Assembly (NCBI RefSeq): GCF_020745735.1
Contig: NC_083409.1
Location: 13,837,279-13,877,585 of the forward strand
Length of the DNA: 40,307 nt
From: Hemiscyllium ocellatum
Lineage: Eukaryota
Reading direction: 5' to 3'
A program made the translations under genes and the position numbers. The notes under the pieces were generated by a model. It was given only the letters and a program-made list of their open reading frames with translations. It made no database searches and had not been told where the DNA came from. This document shows, in pieces, positions 21,270 through 30,259 of this stretch; the stretch's first letter is position 1, and each line of letters begins with the position of its first letter.

Positions 21270-22400
21270 AGTTTCTCCAAAACCCTGGAACACTGAACCC
21301 ACTGAACACTGGACTGTGAGCCCTGATGTAGCTGTTTGTCATCACAACTTTGCAAAGAGATAATCCAAGAGTGGAGAGAGTGTGCATCCATGTGGGAACT
21401 TCAGAATGTTTCCCAGCTCCTGCAATACCATGAGTACAGGAAGTGTGGTCAGTGACAGCAGTTGGAGCTCTGGGTTTCGGAGGTCCACCAGCATTTGGTG
21501 TCAGTGTGGAGCGTCCATGAGGCTTAGAGCTCCAGGGAGAAACGTTTCTAGATGTGGTCACTCCGCCGCTTCAGAGTATGCAGGGAGAGAGGGAATGGGG
21601 GAGCAGCAGACAGTCCAAAAGGGCCAGGCAGCTAGTACAGGAATCCCTGAGTGTATCCCACTCTCCAGCCAGGATTCAGTTCAGAATCCTGATGAGAATG
21701 ATGGTTCATCTGGAGAGTGTAGCCAGGGCGAAGTTCCTGGCACCACGGGGGGGGGGGGGGCAGCTGTACAGGGGGGCACAAGGAAGACTGGAAGAGCGAT
21801 AGTGAGAGGAGATTGGAGAGTGAGGGCAGTCGATAGATGTTTCTGCAGCTGCAGATGGGAATCCAGGATGGTGTGTTGTCTCCCTAGTGCCAGGGTTAAG
21901 GATGTCACTGAGCAGCTGCAGAGCACACTGAGGGGAGAGGGGGAACAGGCAGCAGTTGTTTTCCTCATCAGTCCCCGTGACAGAGGGAGGAAAGGGATGT
22001 AGTCCTGCAGTCAGAAGTTTTGGAGCTTCCTACTTTTAAGTAATGTGGAGCTTCCTACTTTTGAGTTCCTGCTGCTAATTAGTAGCAGGAACTCAAAAGT
22101 AGGAATCTCCAGATTATTCCCAGTGCCCCACGCAAGTGAAGAAGGGCTCAGACCCGAAACGTCGACTCTCCTGCTCCTTGGATGCTGCCTGACCTGCTGC
22201 GCTTTTCCAGCAACACATTTTCAGCACCCCACACAAGTGAGAATAGAATCAGGAGGTGAACACAGGTGATTGCTGGGCTGGAAAGAGGATCCATGAGGGA
22301 GGGCTTTAGATTTTTGTGAGGTGGTTTACTACTGTTAGAGAGGGTTTAAACTAACTTGGCAGGGCTGTGGGAGCCAGGGGCTAATATCAGAGAGGAACAC
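21270..22400 (+). mobile_element. CR1 5' region/ORF1 esterase, interrupted by a PLE terminal repeat
   Basis: IVRGDWRVRAVDRCFC...SRMVCCLPSARVKDV...GEGEQAAVV is homologous to the ORF1 at 2348-2788. Confidence 0.82.
22140..22226 (+). mobile_element. Solo PLE terminal-repeat insertion (87 bp)
   Basis: agaagggctcagacccgaaacgtcgac...ccagcaacacattttcagca, flanked by CCCCACGCAAGTGA (22126-22139) and CCCCACACAAGTGA (22227-22240). Confidence 0.85.
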
Positions 22401-22836
22401 CAAGGACCACAGAATCCTCAGAGCAGTTAGTAAGTCACCACCCAGTGGGAAGGATGTGGAGGAATACAAATGCAGGAATTTACAGAGACCTGCAAATATG
22501 ATAGAGCCATTATAAATGGAGGAGGGGGGTCTTTAATTTCTGAATATAGTGACCAGAGTGGCAAGAGTGTGTTTAGGTGAATTTTCAGGTGGCATTGGTG
22601 GCTTAGTGGTGGCTCAGGGGTGGGGGTCAGCATGGTGGCTCAGTGGTTAGCACTGCAGCCTTATAGTACCAGGGCCCCAGGTTCGATTCCAGCCTTGGGT
22701 GACTGTCTGTGTGGAGTTTGCGCATTCTCCCTGTGTCTGCGTGTTTTTCCTCCAGGTGCTCTGGTTTCCTTCCACAATCCAAAAATGTGCAGGTCAGGTG
22801 AATTGGCCATGCTAAATTGCCCATAGTGTTTGATGC

Positions 22837-23118
22837 TGAAAATGTGTTGCTGGTTAAAGCACAGCAGGTCAGGCAGCTTCCAAGGAACAGGAAATTCGAC
22901 GTTTCGGGCCGGAGCCCTTCATCAGGAATGAGGAGAGGGTGCCAGGCAGGCTAAGATAAAAGGTAGGGAGGAGGGACTTGGGGGAGGGGTGATGGAGATG
23001 TGTTAGGTGGAAGGAGGTCAAGGTGTGGGTGATAGGCCAGAGTGGGGTGGGGGCAGAGAGGTCTGGAAGAAGATTGCAGGTTAGGAGGGCGGTGCTGAGT
23101 TCAAGGGAATCGACTGAG
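22837..23118 (-). mobile_element. PLE terminal-repeat insertion inside the HE1 SINE
   Basis: Closely matches 11400-11648 in reverse complement. GTTTGATGC is duplicated at 22828-22836 and 23150-23158. Confidence 0.9.
22894..22929 (-). ncRNA. Minimal type I hammerhead ribozyme motif (core intact)
   Basis: Minus strand AUUC-CUGAUGA-A-GGGC(UCCG)GCCC-GAAA-CGUC^GAAU: perfect 4-bp stem II, 4-bp stem I and palindromic ACGU stem III. Confidence 0.78.
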
Positions 23119-23264
23119 ATTTCCCTCTCAGTAATGCATCAAACACTATGTTTGATGCATTACTGAGAGGGAAATGGGTCTGGGTGGGTTACTCTTCGGA
23201 GGATCGGTGTGGACTTGTTGGGCCGAAGGGCCTGTTTCCACACTGTGGAGAATCTAATCTAATC

Positions 23265-25035
23265 ATTGGCAGTGAAGAAGGCTATCTAAGAATACAATGG
23301 AATCTTGACCAACTGGGCCAGTGGGCTGAGGACTGGCAGATGGAGTTTAATTCAGATAAATGTGAGTGCTGTATTTTGGTAAGACATAAGAGATGCGTGA
23401 GATCCTGAACAAATATTTTAGGTCAGTATATATTGTGGGGAAAGCTAGGGAATTTGGAAAAATAGTGATGTCTTGAAAAGAGACCACATATAAATGAGGA
23501 GACACTAAAGATCTTAAAACACAGATAAACCCTAGGACCTGATCAGGTGTATCCCAGAACATTGTGGCAACTGGGGAAGAGATTTTTGGGACCCTTGCTG
23601 AGATGTATGTATCATCGGCAACCATGGTTAAGGTGCTGGAAAAACAGAGAGGTTGGCTAAGATTATGCCCTTATTTCAGAAAGGCTGTAAGGAAAAGCAA
23701 GGGAACGATAGACCAGTGAGCCTGATGTCAGTGCTGGGTAAGATGTTGGAGTGGATTCTGTGGGACAGGATTTACATCGTTTGGATAATCAGTGTGGCTT
23801 TGTGCATGGGAACTCACGTCTCCTGAATTTGATACAGGAGGTGACAAAAATGATTGATGAAGACAGAACAGTAGACATTGTCAATATGGGCTTCAGAGTA
23901 AAGTGTTTGACAAGGTTCCACATGATAGACTGGTTGTGAGGTTAGACCAGGTGGGATCCAGGGGGAGCGAGCCATTGGAGTCAAAAAATTGGCTTGAAGA
24001 TAGGAGACAGAGAGTGGTGGTAAAAGGTTGCTTTTCAGAGTGGAGATCTGTGAACAGCTGTGTGCCGCAAGGATTGGTGCTGAGTCCACAAATGCTTTTC
24101 ATCATTTAAAGAAATGATTTGGATGTGAATATAGGAGTTACGGTAAGTTTGTAAATGACACCAGAATTGGTGGGACAGTGGATAGTGAAGAAGATTATCT
24201 CAGGGTACAGCGGGACCTTGATCAGGTGGGACAAGGGCAGAAGAGTGGCAAATAGAGTTCAGTTTAGATAAATGTGAGATGTTGCATTTTGGAAAGACAA
24301 ACCAGGGCAGGAGTTATACAGTTAATGGGAGGGCCCTGTGGAGTGTTGCTGAATAACAGACCTGGGGTGAAGATGCAGGTACATTATTCCTTTAAAGTGG
24401 GGTCACAGGTAGACAGGGTGATGAAGAAGGTGTTTGGTTTGCTTGCTTTTGTTCATCACTGCATTGAGTCCAGGAGTTGGAACATCATGTTGCAGCAGTA
24501 CAGGAGATTGGTGAGGCCACTTTGGGAATGATGTGAACAATCCTATTATCCTGAGATAGTAAGGATGTTGTTAAACTTAAAAAGCTGCAGAAAAGATTTA
24601 CAAGGATGTGGCCAGGATTTGGAGGGTTCGAGCGACAGGGAAAGGCTGAAGAAACTGGGGCTATATTCCCTGCAGCATCTAAGGCCTCGGGGTGACGTTA
24701 TAGATGTTTATAAAACCATGACGGTCATGGACTGGGTGTATATTCAAGGTCTTTTCCATGGGAAAGGGATTCCAAAACAAGAGGACATGAGTTTAAGGTG
24801 AGAGGCAAAAGATTCAAAAGGGACCTGAGGGGTAACTTGTCACACAGAGGGTGGTGCGTGTCTGCATTGAGCTGCCAGAGAAAACGTTGGAGGCAGATAC
24901 AGTTACAGCATTTAAAACACATTGGGATGGGAACATGAATAGGTTGGGTTTCGAGAGATGTAAGCCAAATGCTGGCAAATGGGATGAGGTCAGTTTAGGA
25001 TATTTGGTTAGCATGGACAAGTTGGACTGAAACGC
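23265..25035 (+). mobile_element. CR1 ORF2 RT fragments to the 3' tail
   Basis: Remnants: FDKVPHDRL, CVPQGLVLSP, RRLVRPLWE, RPRGDVIDVYK, plus a tail ending gtatgactc. Confidence 0.82.
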
Positions 25036-25044
25036 TGTATGACT

Positions 25045-25670
25045 CCATGATTATGAGCGGCTGGAAAAGCTGAGACTTCTTCCCCTGAAGCGGAAGGTTC
25101 TGAGGAGTGACCTTGTAGAGGTTTGGAAAATCATGAGGGACATAGATAATGTGAAGAATTCTGGAAGGAGGCGAATGTTTTGTAGCGATGGCAAAAATTG
25201 TTCCCAAAGATCATTCCAGGGATGAGGAACATCAGTTATGAAGTTTGATTGGAGAATTTGGGACTGTCTTCTTTGGAGAAGGCTGAGAGGAGATTTGTTC
25301 AAGGAATTCAAAATCAGGAAGGGCCTGGACAGAGTAAATGGGGAGAAAATGTTCCCAATTAAGAAAGGATTCAGACCAAGAGACCACAGATTGAAAGTAA
25401 TTGGGAAAAGTAACAAAAGTGAGATGGGGAACAACATTTTCAGCCAGTGAGTGTTAAGGTGTGGAATGCACTGCCTGAGAGTGTGGTGGAGGCAGCTTCA
25501 ATTGAAACATTCCGAAGGGATGAGGCTGTTATTTGAAAAGGAACAATGCGCAGGGTGACAGGGAGAAGGCAGGAGAATGACACTCAGTGAATTGCTCATT
25601 CAGAGAGCCGGTCCAGACAGGATGGGTGGAATGGCCTCCTTGTGCACTGTAACAATTCTCTGATTGTGTG
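25045..25670 (+). mobile_element. CR1 3' fragments
   Basis: RRLRGDLFKEFKIRKGLDRV...RDHRLKV, then the tail gatgggtggaatggcctccttgtgcactgt. Confidence 0.75.
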
Positions 25671-25719
25671 ATTGAGCAGAGTTAAAGCTGGGGAGGTGGG
25701 AGCTCGGTGTCTCACTGTG

Positions 25720-25743
25720 CTGCTGCTGCTGCTGCTGCTGCTG
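25720..25743. repeat. (CTG)8 microsatellite in the J-C intron
   Basis: Eight perfect CTG units directly after CACTGTG. Confidence 0.95.
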
Positions 25744-26116
25744 AGGTCAGTGAGATCAGAGACTGGGACAGGGAGTCAGAGCTCACATCAAAATCTGCCC
25801 GTGTCCATCACACTGAGACTGGCAGGAGGTTACTCACTGATTTCACTCCATGTTGCAGGAATGGGACCACAGGCTGCAAATGGACAGAGCTCCTCCACAC
25901 AGTGAGTAAAACTTACTGACTTCTGTCTTGTTGCTTAAGCGGGGCAATGGAACGAAAGAAATACAGCTGGACACCCTGTTCGACACAGTGCTCCTCAATC
26001 AACCATTTCGTTCACTGCAGCTCCCCACTAACACCTTCAACAATTCAGTAACTGTATTTTAGAAAGTGTGTTTCAGTATTGACAGAGTTAATAATGGACA
26101 ATTGAGGTTTACTTGC

Positions 26117-26151
26117 TCAGTCTGAGTTTGGTTCCTTTACCGAACGTGGAC
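26117..26151 (-). pseudogene. IGKJ: Ig kappa-type J segment (single J, unrearranged)
   Basis: G TCC ACG TTC GGT AAA GGA ACC AAA CTC AGA CTG A translates as STFGKGTKLRL with the FGxG motif, followed by GCAAGT. The 3' boundary is inferred from phase compatibility with the C exon. Confidence 0.9.
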
Positions 26152-26190
26152 CACAGTGAGAGCTCCCAGTGCAGAGGCTGTATAAAAACC
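26152..26190 (+). other. 23-spacer recombination signal sequence of J
   Basis: CACAGTG (26152-26158), a 23-nt spacer and ATAAAAACC (26182-26190; one mismatch to ACAAAAACC). Confidence 0.95.
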
Positions 26191-26632
26191 TCTGCTCTCT
26201 GCTTCCCCCTGTCATTCTCAACCTCTCCCTGTCTCTCTCTGTCTCTGTCTATTCTTGGTCAATCTCATTCTCCCTACCTCTCTCTGTCTCTTCCTCATTC
26301 ATGTGTCTTTCTCTCTCTGTCTTCCTGGGTTGCGTCCAGCTACTCTCGGGGGTTTGTGAAATTTAGTTTTCATTGTTAAATCTTGCAGCTGTTCTTCACA
26401 TGTGGCCATGGAGTGTAAGAGGGAAACTTGAGGCCTTCAGTGAGCGGTGGACACCACAGGGACTGGAGTGTGTAGTGGACAGTGACAAACGCAGCATGGG
26501 GTAATTTGTTTAATTTACTTTATATATAACTGTGGATGTGTCAGTGCAGGAGATGGGACTATCTGTCCATTATTATACATTTCATATAACTGTTGGATGT
26601 GTCAGTACAGAAGGTGGTGTTGTGCGTGTTGA

Positions 26633-26660
26633 GGTTTTTGTATGGCACTGTATCACTGTA
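26633..26660 (-). other. 12-spacer recombination signal sequence of V, heptamer mutated
   Basis: Minus strand: TACAGTG, a 12-nt spacer ATACAGTGCCAT and a perfect ACAAAAACC. V-12/J-23 is the kappa configuration. Confidence 0.93.
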
Positions 26661-26956
26661 AAGGCTGCTGCTATACTGCTGACAGTAATAGTCAGCGACA
26701 TCTTCATTCTGAACGTTGCTGATTGTCAGGGTGAAACTGGTCCCTGATCCACTGCCGGTGAATCGATTGGAGACTCCTGTGAGTCGATTTGTTGCATCAT
26801 AGATCAGGAGAGCGGGTTTCTGACCTTCTCACTGCTGGTGCCAAGCCAGGTTGCTGCTAATGCTTTGACTGGTCATCCAGGTGGTGGTTGCAGTCTGGCC
26901 CAGTCCCATTAACAGCACCGGGGGAGACTCGGTCATGATGATGTCCCCACTGATAC
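26661..26956 (-). pseudogene. IGKV: Ig kappa-type (NS4-like) V exon, inactivated
   Basis: Acceptor cctcag|GT. Translation: [101 protein letters not shown] at 26829-26831; the first Ig Cys is replaced by Trp (26877-26879); the conserved Trp and YYC are retained. Confidence 0.96.
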
Positions 26957-27142
26957 CTGAGGGGTCAGAGAGAAACACAGTGAAGTCAGAACTGTCACAG
27001 AAAGAGCCTGTCAAATGAGAGATTGTTGGAGACACTGAGCATTCCTCTGGTTTCAGCATTTTCCCTTCAATCACAAGTCAGTGGAATTGGAGTGAAATGG
27101 AGAGCAGCTAAAGATTCAAGGTGGAAGGAGAGAGATTTGTAC

Positions 27143-27191
27143 CTGCGACACAGAATGCCAGGGGCCAGATCAGCTGGATGTGTGAAATCAT
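27143..27191 (-). pseudogene. IGKV: Leader (signal peptide) exon of the V gene
   Basis: The exon ATG ATT TCA ... GTC GCA G|gtac encodes MISHIQLIWPLAFCVA-G. It is 49 nt, followed by a phase-1 intron of 186 nt in frame with the V exon. Confidence 0.92.
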
Positions 27192-27251
27192 GGTGTGTGC
27201 TCCTGTCCCTGTGCCTGGATCCTGATAAACTCTCCCTTCACTGGGCTCTGC

Positions 27252-27307
27252 TTTATAAAGCTGCAGCCTGTGAGAGTCTGACTGGGTGTTCCTCAGTATG
27301 CAAATGA
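27252..27307 (-). promoter_or_regulatory. Ig light-chain V promoter: octamer/decamer and TATA
   Basis: Minus strand TCATTTGCAT (27298-27307; ATTTGCAT in light-chain orientation) about 110 bp upstream of the ATG. TTTATAAA at 27252-27259. CRE-like TGACATCA and CCACGTCA lie just upstream. Confidence 0.88.
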
Positions 27308-27344
27308 CATCAGGCAGAGAGAGCCACGTCAGCCCTTCACAATT

Positions 27345-27403
27345 CCTCTTCTCTCTCTCCCTCTCTCGCTCTCTCTCTCTCTGTCTCACACACACACACA
27401 CAC
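27345..27403. repeat. Compound (CT)n/(CA)n microsatellite upstream of the octamer
   Basis: Direct reading of the sequence. Confidence 0.9.
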
Positions 27404-27945
27404 CCTTTGTCTCTGACTCACAGTGTCCCAGGTTGTGGCAGTTGAATTCAGGATGAATCTCCCTCTCTCTGCCCCACTCATGGATGTTAACCCTTGACCC
27501 CAGAAGCATGTTTTCTCCTGGAGTAAGGCCCCATTTTCCACATTGACCTGGATTTGGCCTCTCTCAGAAAGATGGCTAGATTCTTGTCAAATGAAGGGCA
27601 GTTCTGTGCTGTTGGCCTGTTCTCACTGGAGACTTGTTTGGACACAAAGCTCATTCCATGAAGGCCCAGCAGAGAGGGAGATCCTCAGGCATCTGGTGAG
27701 CTAGAGGGCATCAGAGTAGACCCAGAGGGACAGCACAGGATCTGCCCCCTGATCCAGCATGTCCATTCACAACATTTTCCAATCCCTTCCCCTCCCCTAC
27801 CCCTCTCCTTCTCTTTCCATGATCAGTCTCTGAGTCAGGGTGTTTTACTGGGATGTGGGTTGAACCATTATACAGTTACAACAGAAAGGAACTGAACCCC
27901 ACACTCACCTTGGAGTCCATAATGCACTGGACTCTCCTTCAGAGT

Positions 27946-28190
27946 CCAGTAAACATGGGCCTCCTTCCTGCAGGAGCCTCCACTAGAGACCAGTAAACAT
28001 TGGTCTCCTCTGACTGGAGTCTCCAAAGGAGACCAGTAAACATGTACCTCTTTCGGACTGGATCGTCTAGTAAAGACCAGTAAACATGGACCTCCTTCCT
28101 GCTGGAACCTCCAACACAGACCAGTAAACATGGATCTCCTTCTGACTGGATCCTCCAAGACAGACCAGTAAATATGGGCCTCCTAATCAC
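27946..28190. repeat. 44-bp minisatellite, 6 units
   Basis: The CCAGTAAA anchor occurs at 27946, 27990, 28033, 28077, 28121 and 28165 (spacing 43-44 bp). Confidence 0.93.
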
Positions 28191-28199
28191 TGCAACTTC

Positions 28200-29440
28200 C
28201 AATGGAGATGAGTAGATGGTTGAGTTTTTGAAGAAGGAAGCAAGAAGATAGGTAAAGATAGAGTAGTGCACTCTGTCTACATGGAGTTAATACAAGGTTC
28301 CCTATGGTAGACTGCTCAGTAAGATTATATCACATAGGAGCCAGGGACAGCTCCAATTGGATATGAAATTGTCCTGATGATAGGAGGCTGAGGCTGGTGA
28401 GAGAGGGTTGTTCTTCAGACTGGAGGCCAGTGACCAACTGTCTGTCACAAGAATCGATCATGGATCCACTGTTGTTCATCATTATGTGAACAATTTGGAT
28501 GAGAAAATAGCAGGAATGGTCAGTAAGTTTGTGGCTGATGTTAAAATTGTTGGCATAGTGGACAGGGAAGAAGGTTATCCAAGAGTGCAATGTCATCTTG
28601 ATCAACTGGGCCAGTGGGTCAACAAATCCAGATGGAAATTTTAATAAATGGAAGGAGTTGCATTTTAGGAAGACAAACCAGGGCAGAAATTACACAATTA
28701 ATGGTAGAGCCATGGGGAGTGTTGTTGAACAGAGAGACTGAGGGGTACAGGTACATAGTTCCTTGGAAGTGGTGTCACAGGTAGACAGGGTGGTGAAGAA
28801 GGTATTTGGCATGCCATCTTCACTGGTCAAAGCAGGGAGTACAGGAGCTGGGACATCATATTACAGCTGTACAAGGCATTGGGAAGGCCACATTTGGACA
28901 CAGTACATTTCTGCTCACCCTGCTATAGGAAGGAAGTTATGACAGTGGTTTGAATAAAAGAAAGATTAACAGGATGTTATCAAGATTGGAGGATTTGAAT
29001 TACAAGATGAGGATGAATAGGCCAAGATGTTTTTCCAGGGAATGCAGGAGATTGAGGGGTGACCTTATAGAGGTTGTGGAATTAGGAAGGTCATAGATAA
29101 GGTGAATAGTCAAAGTCTTTCCCAGGGTAGGAGAGTCCAGTACTAGAAGGAGTAGGTTTACGTTGAGTGGGGAAAGAATTAGTAGGAAACTGAGGGGCAA
29201 CATTTTCACACAGAGGTTAGTGTGTATGTGTAATGAGCTGACAGAAGAATTCGTAGAGGTGAGTACGATTACTACATTTCAAGGACATTTTTACAGGAAC
29301 ATGGATAGGAAGGATTAGAGAGAATTGGGCCAAACACATGCAAATGGGACTAGTTCAGTTTTGGATACTTGGTCGGCATGGATGAGTTGAGCTGAATGGC
29401 CTGATCACATGCTGTAAACCTCTATGACTCTTTGGTGATA
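28200..29440 (+). mobile_element. CR1 RT 3' fragment lying between two blocks of the minisatellite
   Basis: VNNLDEKIAGMVSKFVADVKI...RPRCFSRECRRLRGDLIEV, with a tail ending ctatgactc. Confidence 0.85.
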
Positions 29441-29466
29441 TATACATGGGACACTTTCCCATAGAA

Positions 29467-29590
29467 CCAGTAAACACGGACCTCTTTCCACTGGAACCTC
29501 CAATAGACACCAATAAACAGGGACCTCCTTCCCATTGGATGCTCCAGAAGAGACTAGTAAACATGGTCCTCCTTCCCTCAGGACTGTCCA
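29467..29590. repeat. Continuation of the 44-bp minisatellite, 3 units
   Basis: Anchors at 29467, 29510 and 29554, with the same unit as 27946-28190. Confidence 0.88.
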
Positions 29591-29599
29591 GCACCTGAG

Positions 29600-29800
29600 C
29601 TACAAATCCAACATCCTCTCCATAATGTAGGTCTCTTATTTCAATCTCAACAACATTGTCTCTGCACTACCTCGGCCTCTTGAACACAGAAACCCCAATT
29701 CCTGCTCGTCCTGCCCCTAACTCTATGATTCCAATGTCCTCTCCCAGCTTCCTAAAGCCATATTCCATAAACTCCAACTTGTCTGATATGAAGTGGGCCC
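29600..29800 (+). mobile_element. Very decayed L2-like fragment
   Basis: Weak by-eye similarity to the L2-like fragment at 31955-32260. Confidence 0.35.
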
Positions 29801-30259
29801 TTCCCTGTCTTATCCATCTGTCATTCCAGAATGACCCCTGACCTCACTGCTAGCCAATTGCCTCCATGGCCTCCCCCTCCCTCCGTCTGTGTCCTGCTGC
29901 AGACTCACATTCCCTCCCTCCCCCTTCCATCTTCTGTCTCTGGTCTCCTGCCCATTGCTGCTTGCTCCATCCCACCATTGACAGCAGAGCATTCAGATCC
30001 ATACAGCATGCTCTCTGACCTCCTGCCCTTGATCCCTCCCCCTCTGAATGGTTGTGCTATCGAATATACTGTTCAATCCCATCACTTTTGGTTCACTGTT
30101 CCCTTGCCATTGATTTGCTGAATTATTCCTCATCAGTGAATCTAGTCTGGCCTGTTCCTTGAGTTGGTTCAAGAGAGTTTCCCTTGAGAAAACACTCTTC
30201 TGTAAACTGGGTTGTCTGTTTCTCCCAGTCTTTGTGTAAAGGTGAGTCTAAGTGTGTGT

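Larger units (their letters stand above)
22624..23264 (+). mobile_element. HE1-type V-SINE split by a PLE insertion
   Basis: A box TGGCTCAGTGG, B box GGTTCGATTCC and V-domain. After the insert at 22837-23149 the body resumes and ends in a CR1-like tail and (CTAAT)n. Confidence 0.9.

Noticed and set aside
25898-25990. Two extra CACAGTG heptamers in J orientation (25898, 25984) and a GTAAGT donor-like site, suggesting additional J segments
   Set aside because: Neither has a nonamer at 12 or 23 nt, and there is no in-frame FGxG next to them.
26524-26610. ~27-bp duplication spaced 60 bp apart next to the V nonamer
   Set aside because: It contains no RSS part and is probably a neutral local duplication in the V-J spacer.
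17087-26956. Assignment to sigma-cart (NS5), sigma or lambda (NS3) isotypes, or a germline-joined VJ
   Set aside because: V-12/J-23 RSS geometry and the V and C sequences fit kappa/NS4. V and J are separated by two RSSs and 509 nt.
27946-28190. CRISPR-like look of a conserved core alternating with variable segments
   Set aside because: The variable parts are homologous to each other, the context is vertebrate and there are no cas genes. It is a diverged minisatellite.
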